A stretch of 59,429 bases of DNA, the filler included, from Sphacelaria rigidula (taxonomy: Eukaryota), in the NCBI GenBank assembly GCA_964200075.2. It is 9 parts of 9 records of this genome, joined end to end, with 100 filler letters (N's around TTAATTAATTAA, not from the genome) between each part and the next. Parts side by side here need not be neighbours in the genome. Positions count along the whole stretch, not along the records: positions 6,617 to 13,131 come from CAXNAA020019606.1; positions 13,232 to 19,745 come from CAXNAA020019607.1; positions 19,846 to 26,359 come from CAXNAA020019608.1; 6 more parts are not named here. One strand, given 5' to 3'. Shown in pieces: positions 11,655-23,847 of this stretch. The translations under genes were made by a program, and so were the position numbers. Under the pieces are notes generated by a model, which had not been told where the DNA came from, ran no database searches, and saw nothing but the letters and a program-made list of their open reading frames with translations. Each line of letters starts with the position of its first letter. The first letter of the stretch is position 1.

Positions 11655-11979
11655 TAACCCCTCCCCTTCCTCGTGACGAGTCCATGGTCTCAGGGGATCA
11701 TTGATACCCATCTCTTCCACGGCACACGCCTTACACTTTGGTGTGGCGGACCGGATCATGACCACCAGCATTCACGCATCGCGTCGACTCGCCGTTAAAC
11801 AAACTGAGCCGAGCAACCTCTTTTTTGCTACAGGTACTCATGACTTTGGCGACAGAAATCGGCAACTACGCGGAAAAAAATCCAAATTACCCATACACGT
11901 ATCTGATGGGAATCAAACCCACATCCTTTCCAACCTAATGGTGTCAGTTGTACGCATTAGACCATGGGGGCGCGGTGGC
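11655..11979 (-). mobile_element. tRNA-derived SINE family B; truncated relative at ~6250-6420
   Basis: Minus-strand A-box-like TGGTCTAATGCG (11953-11964) and B-box-like GGGTTTGATTCC (11909-11920). The body GGATCATGAC...ATCGCGTCGACT...AAACAAACT.AG...TTTTTTGCT is shared with 6345-6418. Confidence 0.7.
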
Positions 11980-12275
11980 AAGTGACTAAAGTATGCACAC
12001 GTTGGACGGATCATGATCTGTCTGAAACAACTAATCAAAGTAGACTGTCGAATCCGTTGATCCAAAAACACAAAATGTGTGACCGCGGAGCCAGAAAAGC
12101 CGAAGCGCAACCTTTGCGCGCAACTCGGCGTGCCCGGCGTCCGGCGCTGCCAAAAGCAAACATGGAAAAGAGGTCAAACGATCTGGATCATGATACTGAG
12201 AAGAAGTAATCTTTAGACGAATCATGATATGTCCGACGTGTGAGAAAAGATCATGAATAATTTATTGGGACACCC

Positions 12276-12276
<1 letters not shown>

Positions 12277-12316
<40 letters not shown>
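12277..12316 (+). repeat. (GCT)13 microsatellite, possibly poly-Ala in an exon ending at 12423
   Basis: Visible repeat. The frame EVDQAESGDGGGNAGVIARGIFEELHLPALAQSIRQ ends at CAG|GTGTGT. Confidence 0.7.
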
Positions 12317-12980
12317 AAGTTGACCAGGCCGAGAGCGGCGACGGTGGCGGAAACGCGGGCGTTATTGCGCGAGGCATTTTCGAGGAGTTGCACCTCCCCG
12401 CCTTGGCTCAAAGCATACGGCAGGTGTGTGTGCGCTTGTGCACGTGTGATTCACTATTTACATTCATTTTTAGTTCTTTATTTTATTTTTATTTTTGATA
12501 TTAGTGTTTCACAGTTTCGGGGAAGAAAAACACACTGGGTCCGGGTATGAGACCAACGATTAGGGCGCGGAGGGTTAGGTTTAAGAGAGGAGATATGGCA
12601 AAATCCTCTGGTTGAAGAGAACCTAGATGCTAAACCTATGCAAATTAAAACGAATCTCGAAGGACAGTTGGAGAAATTCGCAAATTAAAAAGTAGGCCGC
12701 GAAGTTGCTGTCCATGTCCCACGTTTATGAACTGGAACTAGAGTGCTGCACTCGTGCACTGACGTACTGTACTACTTACTCGCTGTACGTGCAGACGGTC
12801 AGTACAAGAGACAACAAACAGCCAACACAACGCTCACCACAGGGTTCAATGCTCCTCCCCCAACTCTCAACGCCACGACCCCTCCTTTGGGGAGACGGCG
12901 CTGAACAGGATTGTCAGACCATTTTCTGCGCCGCAGTTCCAGCGTCGCTTCGCCAACACTTCCTGCCCCCCCCAAAAGTC

Positions 12981-13034
12981 AATGGTCATATGACTATGGC
13001 ATGCAAGATCATGAGTAGACCCCCCACCCCCCCA
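12981..13034 (+). mobile_element. C-tailed retroposon 3' end, family 2; other copies at 6661-6692 (-), 13251-13292 (-), 17881-17935 (-), 42581-42608 (+)
   Basis: ATGGTCATATGACTATGGCATGCAAGATCATGAGTAGACCCCCCC and variants, each ending in a C run. Confidence 0.75.
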
Positions 13035-13047
13035 ACTTGTAGTACTG

Positions 13048-13131
13048 GTGAGACACCCATGAGGCAGAGTATAAGCTGTGGCTGTCTCGGGAAGTGGTGA
13101 TACCACAGAATAAAGCAACTCATTGGAGGCT
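13048..13131. repeat. High-copy dispersed repeat truncated by the contig end; second copy at 26276-26359
   Basis: GGTGAGACACCCATGAGGCAG...GATACCACAGAATAAAGCAACT.ATTG.AGGCT ends both contig 2 and contig 4 at the same base. Confidence 0.9.
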
Positions 13132-13231
13132 NNNNNNNNNNNNNNNNNNNNNNNNNNNNNNNNNNNNNNNNNNNNTTAATTAATTAANNNNNNNNNNNNN
13201 NNNNNNNNNNNNNNNNNNNNNNNNNNNNNNN
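13132..13231. other. Artificial contig linker 2
   Basis: N44-TTAATTAATTAA-N44. Confidence 0.99.
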
Positions 13232-14231
13232 GGGGGGGGCGGGGGGGAGGGGGGGGGGGAGGTTATACTCATGATCTTGCATGCCGTAGTAATGTCTCTA
13301 CAAAGCCAGGATGGAGCACGCCGGGTTTTCGCCGGACCAGGCTCGTGCTCAAGCCCCCACGTTATGATCTCACTTGACCACCATCACGTCATCACGCTTG
13401 CTGGGAGGAAATCAAAACGCGAGCAAGAAGAAAAAAAAAAACGCAACCTGGTTGCCTAGCTTTCGGAGTGAAAGGCGTGCTCTACAGCGTCACAGCCGAC
13501 GCCAACCCTTGAAGGGGGGAGGTAAACACTAGAGTTCATGTTGTTCGAATGAAAACTTCGGAGGTATCTGACGTTTGTGGATCGGAACGAATCGTCACTA
13601 CATGCAATTGTTAAGCGGTCGGATTACAGTACAGTACAGTACAGTACAGTATCGTTCGATGTTCTCAATCACACAGCACAAGCAGGGCTTTCGTTCAGTA
13701 GTCCCAAAATCATGGACAAGAGCGAAACAGAACAAAACGAAATGACCGAGGACAAAACGTGTCTGGTGGTTGGAACATGTTTGCATTCGGGTTGCTGGGA
13801 GCACACGGATCAACGGCATTCGTTGCCTGGGTGACCGACTCACTGGCGACACCGTGCTCTCCTCAAGGAGAAGGTGGTAACGCTTGCTCCGGACTGGCCA
13901 CACCAGTCATGATATGTACACATCTATGTGTGCATATACACTCTTCACAGGGGGCAGTGGGTCAAAAGTGGATGACGTCATCAATCGTCGAAAATCAAGG
14001 TATGGCCGATTCTTCCACAATGGGGCGCACACCATGCACGTGAGGCCGTGGGCCGAAACCGTGTGACTTCATCAAATGTCAAATATCAACTTACTTTTGG
14101 GTAATTCTTCCACAATGAGGCGCACACTATGCAAAAAATACAGCTATAATAGGTCAACACTAAGCAATCAATCGTCCGTAATATCTCGATCTCATGTGGC
14201 CACTTCTTTTTCGCACACACACTACGCGCAC

Positions 14232-14348
14232 CTGGACCGCAAAGTTGACCCTTCCCACGAGCCAGTCGAACATGCTGTCGTACATGGCCTTCGCCAGAGC
14301 GTCTGCCGCGCTGTACGCCATGTCAGGCCGGTTCAGGGCCCACGTCGT
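14232..14348 (-). CDS. Myosin motor domain, exon 4 of 4 visible
   Basis: CAG|TTWALNRPDMAYSAADALAKAMYDSMFDWLVGRVNFAVQ|GTGCGC, 117 nt, phase 0-0. Contains the myosin DALAKxxYxxxFDWLVxRxN motif. Confidence 0.95.
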
Positions 14349-14671
14349 CTGGTGGTTGGGGAGTTAACATCAAGAAGCACACACACACGCAATGTGCAAG
14401 ACAGGGGACATGAATGATCGATTCATTTGCGTACTTGGTCCGTAACGGGCAGGGCACTTCATTCACTGTACACTAAAACCAACAATTATACATAAATCCA
14501 GAGAGATACTCGGTCAACAGATTAGAATCTTGACATATGAGATATATTTCACAGGAGATTCTCGCCCCCGTTCACGACAGCGTTCACACCTTGGATAACG
14601 ACGATATTTGGTCAGCCATTGCAGTAGACGAGGAATATACTGCGTAAAGTATAGACCTTTTGCAACTATTG

Positions 14672-14930
14672 CAAGGGTCGGACGAATAAATTATTCGTCT
14701 TGAAATTACTGGATGTTAGAGTGATTAATTTGTACCGCACAAATCAATCCTTGGGTTTTGTTTTCAGCATTGCAACCCAGGTAGGCGCAGCCCAGGCACG
14801 TGAAATGGCGCAAAAGTTGCGTGGAGACCTTCTTGTCCAGCGGCCAACTTTCTTTCTCTCTTTCGAGCAACCAGGCCCGAAAAATCGTGGATTTGGTGAT
14901 TTGAACCGGCGATGATTTGTCCGAACCGTG
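14672..14930 (+). mobile_element. 259-bp MITE with 8-bp TSD (hAT/P type), copy 1
   Basis: TSD AACTATTG at 14664-14671 and 14931-14938. Imperfect TIRs CAAGGGTCGGACGAAT / ATTTGTCCGAACCGTG. Confidence 0.92.
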
Positions 14931-16228
14931 AACTATTGACGGCCGACATGTAGTTAGTTCAATAGGCCCGTACCCTCATCGATTGATTGATTTGTTGTCG
15001 CACTTTAACTGACCCCACAGGGATCTAGCCGTGGTCATATGATAAACTCTAGGCAGTACATTATTCTTGTCTTTTAAAGCTTTTGATCGAAGATTGTCAT
15101 TGTTCAGGGTATGGAAGGGGTTACATGAATCAAGAACAATTCGATGAAAATTGCCGTAGTGCGGCAGTGAGGGCTGACGCGTCATGATCCATTCGGCTAT
15201 ATCAAACTGTCGAGTAGTCACTGTACCGACGGGGACATGGGTTGGCTTCTTGAGTGACTCCTTAGGATTACAGGCTCATCCCGAAGAAGGAGAGGGGTCA
15301 AGAGCACGACGAGAAAAGCAAATAAAAAAAGGAGGTGGACTATAACGGGAATTGGCCTATCGTACGTACAGGTGTGTGTGTGTGTGTGTGTTGGGTTGCC
15401 ATCACATCTATTCTGGACGCCAGTTTACTCCTTCCGGTGTACATGGGCGCACCAGCCGGGGTCGCACAGAAGAAAGGCCAACACAGAATTTGTTTTGTTC
15501 TTCACTTGTTTCGGTTCTCTTTCTTCTGCGGTTCTTACCTGATTTTTTAGCGCGAAAAGGGTTCAGCAGTACCTTTCCTTCGTCGGCCGTAAAGTCGAAT
15601 TTTGTACAGGTGAAAAAAAAAAAGCGAAGAAAACCTTGCGACTAGCGCATCACCGTTTTTTGTTGTTGGTGCGATTGATGAACACTTTCTGAGAGAAACT
15701 GGTACCGTAGTATCACCATCACATCAGCACTCACGAAACATAGAGGAAGTGAAGAAAAAATCACGCGTTTCCTCCTGCTGATTTTATCCACCAACCAATG
15801 ATACATTTCTCTGAGGGTGCTAAGGAAGACGGAATTTCTCCATCTCTGCTACTACGTGTTCCTGACGCTGTGGTTCGGTGGAAAGTAAAGACACCAACAC
15901 ATGTAATACGTAGTCCGCAACGAACCCAACGAATCCCGTACCCCTCAATATCTCGGTCTCCTTGGAACGATGTATACCACCTCCGAATGAGGCATTTGTG
16001 AGACCTCAACAGTCATCGCCCAAAACATGATACGTAGACGCGCGCGGGCGGAGAGGGTGGGTGTGGGTGATACATCAAGTACGCCGATACAGCAGTTTTT
16101 TACGCGCCATGATTGGGCTGAAAATGACCGAAAACTTTCAGAGGGGAACAGAAGGTGATGTACCACGTATATATGATATGACATGTAGCGTTACTCACGG
16201 CACATAAAATGTTTACCAGACAACCTAC

Positions 16229-16339
16229 CTCCCCCCGGATGGTGATGGCCCTTGTTGTGAGCGCCTGGGACAGTGCTCCGGCGTCTACTCGGAGGTATCT
16301 GGCCGCAGAGTGCAGAGCCTGTGCCCCTGATTGGTCCAC
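16229..16339 (-). CDS. Myosin motor domain, exon 3
   Basis: CAG|VDQSGAQALHSAARYLRVDAGALSQALTTRAITIRGE|GTAGG, 111 nt, phase 0-0. Confidence 0.93.
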
Positions 16340-16570
16340 CTGTGGCGCCACCGAACCGCACACGAGAGTCAAAAAGCAGCACAAAAATTTGGTCATGTTC
16401 ATGTCGGGAATGCCTTTGCAGCTGTAGTGACTGATTTTGAGCAATCGACCAACGCCTCCTTCCCGTGACATGATAAACATGTCGAAAGTAGAGTAGTCAG
16501 CATCAGAAGTTTTCAGAATTTGTGGTTGTTACAGTTTTCGAGTTTTTCTCGAGTATTATTCTTCATAATT

Positions 16571-17150
16571 ACTTGAAAGTGCCAGCGCCGGTGTAGGGGG
16601 AAAGCGTAGGCCGCGCTCAAACTGCAGTGCCCAAGTTGGTGTTTTTGGGGCGATACGGACTAGATACCCCGTTTATCAGGAGGGTATGATTGACCGTTCA
16701 TGGTCCGATAAAAACAATTTTCCGGCTCTGCCGCAACGAAACGATCAATATTCAGATAAATGAATACGTATACAATTCTTCACAACAATGATCGAGATCG
16801 TGTTTCCCCTCCTATACTGCACAGACCTCAGCCAAGCATTTTCTGCGAATAACCTCCTTTTTTTTTTTTCGCATAGCATCTTCCATGAGCACTCGAAAGT
16901 GCTAGCGTCGATAGTTTTGGCAAAATAAACAGACCGTGCTCAAATCACATTGCCCAAGTTGGTGTTGTGGGGGCGATACGGAGTCAAGACTTCGTTTATC
17001 AGGAGGGTGTTATTGCCCGTGAGTGGTCCAAGAAACATAGCCTTCCGGCTTTAGCGCAGTGGATAGATGGAGTTTCAAAAACATAATCATTTTTGAGTTT
17101 TTACCGATATGATTGGGATCGAGTTGGTCCACTTGAATACTGGTTGACTC
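16571..17150. repeat. Old intronic tandem duplication, period ~320 bp
   Basis: GAAAGTGC.AGCG..G...TGCCCAAGTTGGTGTT.TGGGGCGATACGGA...CGTTTATCAGGAGGGT at ~16575-16690 and ~16895-17010. Confidence 0.8.
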
Positions 17151-17848
17151 CTGTCATGTCATGAGGAGTCAAGTCGTATAAATCTTGATTTTCCTAACCG
17201 TGAAACATTCGTGGAGAGGACGGGGGTGGGAACGGGAACCTGAGGCTGAACTCTCCTTCACGATTACACCTATATTCAAAATGAGGGGACCGATGCTACG
17301 CACAGCCATGTTGTTTTCCGCCACAATGGAACGGGTTGGGTCGTCTCTTGCCCTCAGGAACATAAATATACTCCGTTCAACACGTTCAGGACACACATAG
17401 CACACAGCCAAATCAACATGCACGACGCGCGTCGAATACCTCAGGGATGTACAGAACATGAACAAAAAAAAACAGATTCGTATCTTCATAAATGCTGGAA
17501 TACAACACCAACACTCACACTAACACGCAACACGCGTGCGTGGATTTGCAAATAAATCACTACAGTATGCGAACAATCCTTCGACCCCCCTCCGACGACC
17601 CTCAAAAGCTGCCGAATAACGTAACGTACACAAAAACCGTCGGTCCGCCCCAGATCGAGGAGGGGGCGAGGAGGGGGGGGGGGGGGGGGGGCCAACCCAT
17701 AATTTTGCCCCCCGGAGCCGTATGACCATACTTAATTTTTTTCCCTTACATGCCGGGGGGGTTCCCCCCNNNNNNNNNNCCCACCCCCCCCCCCCCCCCC
17801 CCAGAACCCGAACCCCAACACACAACCCCCACAAAGCCGCGCGGGGGG

Positions 17849-17895
<47 letters not shown>

Positions 17896-18054
17896 TACTC
17901 ATAATTCTGCACGCCGTAGCCGTATGACCATACTGACATTTCATCCCTTCAATGCCGGGACGGTTCACGCCCGAGATTCCCCAGATATCAAACTCAGATC
18001 TGCGTGACACGTTCGGCGAGTCGCTGAAGGGTGATCTGCTTCCTCAGATTGTTC

Positions 18055-18313
18055 CACGGTTAGGACGAATCATCACGACTACAAATCACCAAACCCACGA
18101 TTTCTTCGGCCTGATTGCCAAAAAGAGAGCAGAAAAGGTGACCGCTGGTACAAGGGGTGTCCACGCAACGTTTGCGCCATTCCGCGTGTACGGGCTGCGT
18201 GTACCTGGGTTGCAACGCTGGAAACAATGCCTAGGGATTGATTCGTACGATTCGAATCAATTAGACTAAAACCAAGTAATTTCCAGAACAATCATTGATT
18301 TGTCCGACCCTCG
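18055..18313 (-). mobile_element. 259-bp 8-bp-TSD MITE, copy 2 (inverted relative to copy 1)
   Basis: TSD GATTGTTC (18047-18054) / GATCGTTC (18314-18321). Reverse-complement homology to 14672-14930. Confidence 0.9.
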
Positions 18314-18777
18314 GATCGTTCGGCAAGAAGCACACTAATTACATCGTATATGGATGACAGCCTCGAATACGTTTCTCCATTTTATAATACGACCAATTGT
18401 TCCAGAGACGGCTGCGGTTTACATTGCTTCGTGGGTGTCTTACTACTTTGAACAAATTGAGAAGGGGGGAAGGGGTTAACGCCATTTTCGTCACCCAGGT
18501 CTCGACCTCCGACCCAGCGTCAGGTGGGTCGACACACTCTAGGCCATGGGGGCGTGTGCATGGCCAAAGTCGGCAACAAGTGAAGTCGAACAAAAACTAT
18601 TGCAGTGCAGCCAGCACACGCCAGGCGAAGGTTCGGGGCCTCTTTTTCGTCCCCAAGTTCCAAATTCCATCATTTTCACTGAACAAGAGAATCTCATCAT
18701 GAAACACGCAGGAGACATTTCCATGACGAACTTGCGTGAAAGCTCTTCATAGCATTAGAAATGACAACATCACCCAC

Positions 18778-18891
18778 CTGTGATCCTTCGCCGGCGGCCT
18801 GGAAGCTGATGTTCCCGAGATGGAGTACGGCCGCGCATGTCTCGTAGCACCAGCACTTTTCCTCCCACCCGAACCCTAGTTTCGTAAACGC
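18778..18891 (-). CDS. Myosin motor domain, exon 2 (not represented in this frame in the ORF track)
   Basis: CAG|AFTKLGFGWEEKCWCYETCAAVLHLGNISFQAAGEGSQ|GTGGGT, 114 nt. Contains the myosin AAxLHLGNxxF motif. Confidence 0.95.
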
Positions 18892-19266
18892 CTGTGATGG
18901 AACAAAGAAACGGCGACGGTTGTTTCAAAAAAAATTCCTTCATCGACCAAGGGGTAAACACACCTCCATATTTTCGTAAGCACTAAGCACTCGAATATGG
19001 TCGAACAGCAGGCTGTAGTGGATGACGATGAATGCTTGGCATGTCTGTACGTACGTGAAAAAGACGCACGGTTTACCTTTACTCTACAGGCGTCAAATCT
19101 CAACACAACAAAATGGGTTAGGAACGGTGCTCTGTCTCCAAAGGGATGCGAGGTCCACGGTGGAATGAATAAGGCCACCAACTAGAGACTGCTCCCCCCC
19201 GTTCCCCAAAGAGCACACGCTGATGCTGGAGCACATACACCTCTGAAACAGAAAAACTGTACGTAC

Positions 19267-19395
19267 ATCCTCCACTTCTTGGAAATCTTTCTTGTCGTTG
19301 AGCCCCTGCACCGACACACAGCCGCTCTCCCTCAGATATCGGAAGTGTTCCGGCGCCCCCAGCTCCAGATGTGCCGCTATCTCGCTAGTGCACAA
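19267..19395 (-). CDS. Myosin motor domain, exon 1 of 4 visible
   Basis: CAG|LCTSEIAAHLELGAPEHFRYLRESGCVSVQGLNDKKDFQEVED|GTACGT, 129 nt. Matches the segment after the myosin NYHIFYQ motif and splices in frame to the next three exons. Confidence 0.93.
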
Positions 19396-19745
19396 CTGAT
19401 ACCCCCACCGGCCCCGAACCACCAAGGACAGATGAAAAAAGAACGCACGATCGATCGACGCATGGAAGGGTCAGTTCGGTGGACGCGCATGACAGTATGG
19501 TATCAAGCAAGTACTCCGGCAGGCACGCACGACTTGTGGGAAGCACAAATCAACAGTTTAAACATACACACACCGGTCATTTTCCAGCACAAAAACTACT
19601 GTGACTTGACCGGCTCAGCGAGGGGCACCATATCGGGAAATCCATGAGCCCCCCCCCCCCTCGAAAACGACGAGGAATACAGTTTCGAGAGCAGAGTTGG
19701 GAATGTACTCCCTTGAAACAAACAGGGACATGAGGAAATTGCGAT

Positions 19746-19845
19746 NNNNNNNNNNNNNNNNNNNNNNNNNNNNNNNNNNNNNNNNNNNNTTAATTAATTA
19801 ANNNNNNNNNNNNNNNNNNNNNNNNNNNNNNNNNNNNNNNNNNNN
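19746..19845. other. Artificial contig linker 3
   Basis: N44-TTAATTAATTAA-N44. Confidence 0.99.
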
Positions 19846-20147
19846 GAATTCCCCTAGGTGAACCCCGAAAACTGAACCCTGAGAAGAGACATGCGCAGCA
19901 ACTCAGGATTAATTTTCAATTTTTCAAATAATCCCTGAGTTGCCAGACACCCCAAGGCGTTGGTGCCACACCCAGGGTTATGAAACGGAACAAAACATCC
20001 TGCCCCAGAACGACCAAGGTTACAGAACACAGCCGTAGGATAAATGCCATAGATGAGGCGGTGGTGGATGTCGTGAACGCCCGCGACAGCGCCGGTGATG
20101 ACAGCTCGTTCACAAGGGTGACTCAAAACTACGAGGATCACTTGGAA

Positions 20148-20410
20148 GTGAACGGGGGAGCCGAGACACCAGTCGACCTGGCTTATGATGACGCGAAAGG
20201 GTGGGAGTCGGCCGCTGAAGCAGCTGCTATGAGGACTTGACAAAATGGCAACCCAACATGAAGGCTTGCGTTGGCTCGCGCAGGTATACCACCGTTGGGT
20301 GGCCATTTTGTCGAGATAGTCGTAGCGGCTGCATGAGTGGCCCACTTCAGCCCTTCCACGTCATCTTTAGCCAGGTCGGCAGGTGTCTCTGTTCCCCCTC
20401 TTGCCTTCAC
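20148..20410. repeat. Imperfect inverted repeat, ~110-bp arms, ~36-nt loop
   Basis: GAGACACCAGTCGACCTGGCTTATGATGACG...GACAAAATGGCAACCCAAC (to 20257) pairs with GTTGGGTGGCCATTTTGTC...CGTCATCTTTAGCCAGGTCGGCAGGTGTCTC (from 20294). Confidence 0.85.
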
Positions 20411-20522
20411 GCAGCTAGGATTACTGCGTATGGTGAACATATGTCGAGAATGACTGTACTTTCTCAAAGTATGCAAACGTACATACATGGGCATGTGCAC
20501 ACTTGTACTACAGACAGTAGTA

Positions 20523-20733
20523 CAGTAATGCGTGAGAGGACCGCGTGCTTAGAGGACCGCGCCGTAGTTCAAAATACCTCAGGATCGCCGTTTTTGAAGA
20601 CCAATCGGGTCAGCCCCTGTAAGTACCACGCCCCTGACCCTATCCCCAACACTAACCCCAACACTAACCCCAACTATGGGGGTGTTCAAATTCCGATGCG
20701 GTCCTCTAAGCACGCGATCCTCTCACGCATTAC
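20523..20733. mobile_element. ~210-bp Tc1/pogo-like MITE with an internal telomere-like repeat
   Basis: TA|CAGTAATGCGTGAGAGGACCGCGTGCTTAGAGGACCGC versus GCGGTCCTCTAAGCACGCGATCCTCTCACGCATTAC (36 bp, 1 mismatch). The right extremity is degraded. Confidence 0.8.
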
Positions 20734-23477
20734 AACAGTACTACAGGCAGTAGTATAGTGCAACACATCCCCTACAGAGAGTATACAAAACTCTCTATAG
20801 ACAGTGCAACAACAGTAGAGTATTACAACCCTCAACTGTCTCCACTTCATAGTGCTGTACCACACACACCGACATGTGCAGCACTTGTGAATGGCTAGCG
20901 GGCGCCGAGGAGCACTGCCTGTGTGCCCAGCGCTGTCTACTGTGCCCGGTTCGTACCCGAGGCTGTGTTTACGATAGTGTGTGTGAGTTGTCGTCCCATC
21001 TATTATGGGCGCCGGTCTACACCTTTCGGTGTATGTGTGCGCACCAGTCGGGGTCACACAGGAGTAAGGTCAACACAGGAGACCTTTTCTTCTCGTGTTT
21101 GTTTTTTGTACTCCACCTTTCTTCTGCGGTGCTTGCCTTTATATTTTTTCGCGAGAGGGGTTCAGCAGGCCCTTTCCCTCGTCGACCGTTAAGTCGAATA
21201 TACTGCTGTCGCGTATTCAACGGTACGGGGGCAGCACAAACATGTACAGTGATGCTAGGATAGGACGGGGGGTATTTTGAGCCGTTGCTTGCACTAAATT
21301 CAACTTCGAATCGATTTTAGGAGCAACGATTTTCAGAACGCGCGTGTTACCGATGATGAACGCTAATCCATACAGTACTGCTTGAGGCCGTTTTACCCAA
21401 ATACAAGCGCACGGCGAGTGTGTCAGGTTGTCCGGAACATCTATGAGTCCTTTCCCCCTGGAATCAAACACCCAACCTATCGTAGCACGGCTCCATACAT
21501 GCTCTCCCGCGCTGTACGGGTAACACCGCATGGGTCGGCACAGAGTACAAGCGCAGAGAAGCACGGCATGACTTGTACCTTTTCAACTCATGACACCGAG
21601 CACGTGGCATTCGGAATAGAAAATACTAAACCCTGAAAAGTTGGCCACGGTTCACACCTGCGTGGTAGAAAAAATAAAAACAAACCTGGGGTGTAAGCGT
21701 AGACAATCCAGTCGTTTCTCGCTTTTTCCCTGGATTATGATCGTCAACATCATCAGCATCGTTCTCAGTAGTTTTCGGATGCGCGACGCTGCTGCTCATG
21801 ATCTCCAAATTTCCGTACTTTCTCGTTCTAGCACCATGTCAGGCACGCCTTTCACTGCAGTTACGTTGGTGTGTAGCGACCACAACAGCTGCTGTCCGTG
21901 CTCTTGTTTTCTTGTCGTCGCAATGACGGTAAATGTGGGGTGGCAGCTCGCGGGCGTGTGCTGCCCGACTGGTACAGACAGAAGCAGGACACTAGCTAGT
22001 GCAACAAGATTGTCCATCTACTGATGTGGAGCGAGCTTTCCGGAGAAACCAAATCACCTCAATACCGACCACTCCCAGGCTTGAATACATGTACTAGAAA
22101 ATATAATTCATTTCTTATGAGCCAAATCGTCATTTGTCGGTGACGCCTGTGTTTTCCATTGATATGATTCGTTGGAATACAGACCACTTCTGACGCATGT
22201 AGCGTTCAGCCCGCACTTTCCATGAATACAGTACCCAAAATCGCCCCCCGTTCTTACCCATAACGGTGTAACACGTAACGGGTGTGACGTGTAGACCCTG
22301 GTTGAAACGGGGCCTGACTGGCGGCCGTTGCAAGGGTGAGTACGTGAGCAGCAAACGGAGGTTGACTGCGTTCGCGTGACGACAGTCGACGCGGAGTAGA
22401 AGATCTGACTCAATTTTCGAGACTCACGAGCAAAAGGTGTGCTGAGGAAAGATGGGTTAATACCTGGAAAGCCACGGATTCGCCCCGAGGAAGGGGAAGT
22501 GTTAGAGAGTGTGACTACAACAGAGGAGAAAAAAATGCGCAACGGCGAACTAACGATATGCACTTGTTGGAACTCTGTTGCTGATACTGTACTGTGTTGG
22601 GCCACGACATCCTGTCCGTACTGTACCGTGTTCGGCTCGAAAAAGCTCGACGGTAGGCTCTCCGATCCTGGACAATGATAACGCAAATATCGAAGGCGTG
22701 TGATGACGATAGTCCGACATTGACTTTAAGATAACACACAAAATCAACCAGGCGTTTCAAATTTGTGGTAATCGTTTCATATTAATGTGAAAAAACTAGT
22801 CGTCATGCAAAGAGTTCTTGGAGTGCCTTGGCTTGAGGTTGAGGTTAGGGTTGGGGTTAGAGCTAAGGTAGACTCCGAAATGCGTTAACCATGGTGATCT
22901 GACGACGAGCTCACATAAACACGCCTCCACTCGATACACACTATCCGCAACCATTTCGATTTCATTTGTTATTTTCCCCTTATTTTTTTTTTCTCATGTC
23001 ACCTTACGGTCCATCTCAACGGTTTCGGACTACGTACGAGACAGGGCCTGCAATTGACCCCCCCACCCTCCAGGCCCCCCACATTGCGACGATCACAAGA
23101 ACAACAAGCGTGCTGAACATTCCTCGGTTTTGTTCGTGTGTTTTCGTTTTTTGTTATTCCTTCTTATACTCTTACTTTGGTGCTGCTTTCCCCTTTCATA
23201 ATGTTGCCCAATTGAGTCGCGGCAGCAGTAGGATTTGGCGACTCCGTGGGAGCCTAAATGTATACATATATGTATATATATATACAAGGTTACCCTCCAG
23301 GTGGTTGGTACTCGTACGGGTCTCCCGGGGGTGACGCGAGTTAAATATATATATATGCACACACCAGACCAACGCTAATCCATCTACAGGTGGTGTACCC
23401 CTGCATGCAGGACTATCTCTAGGTCACCTGTTTACAGTTTGCGGCGTGGCGTATAGTCAAGCTCACAGAATGTGAGC

Positions 23478-23704
23478 TGATGGCATCGTGTGCGTCGGCT
23501 TTGAGCTTGGGAGTAAACATAGCTCTGTGGCTCCCAAGGTACACAGGAGTACAACGAACCTCCTATTATAGAGCAGTCTAGCCGACACTCGGTTGATGGC
23601 ATCGAGTGCGTTGGATTTGAGCTTGGAGCGAAAACATAGCTTCGTGGCTCCCAAGGTACACAGACAGTTCAACAAAATCTCGTACAGCAGTCTAGCGGAC
23701 ACCC
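23478..23704. repeat. Two-unit tandem repeat, ~116 bp
   Basis: TGATGGCATCG.GTGCGT.GG.TTTGAGCTTGG...AAACATAGCT..GTGGCTCCCAAGGTACACAG...AGCAGTCTAGC.GACAC occurs twice. Confidence 0.9.
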
Positions 23705-23847
23705 GAGGAACTTTCCTCGTGGTTAGAAGTTTCCTACGGACAGGGTCCGTGGGTCTTGTTCTGGCTGGAACGATTATAAGGACTGCTGCGTTCCCATAAC
23801 CACTTCACCAAGCAGATCATGTGACTTGTGTTCGCTACTGACTATGT

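Noticed and set aside
15945..16184. 'IGVLDV' as the myosin IGVLDIxGFE exon
   Set aside because: It is in the wrong order (upstream of the DALAK exon) and lacks GFE, so it is a chance match in an intron.
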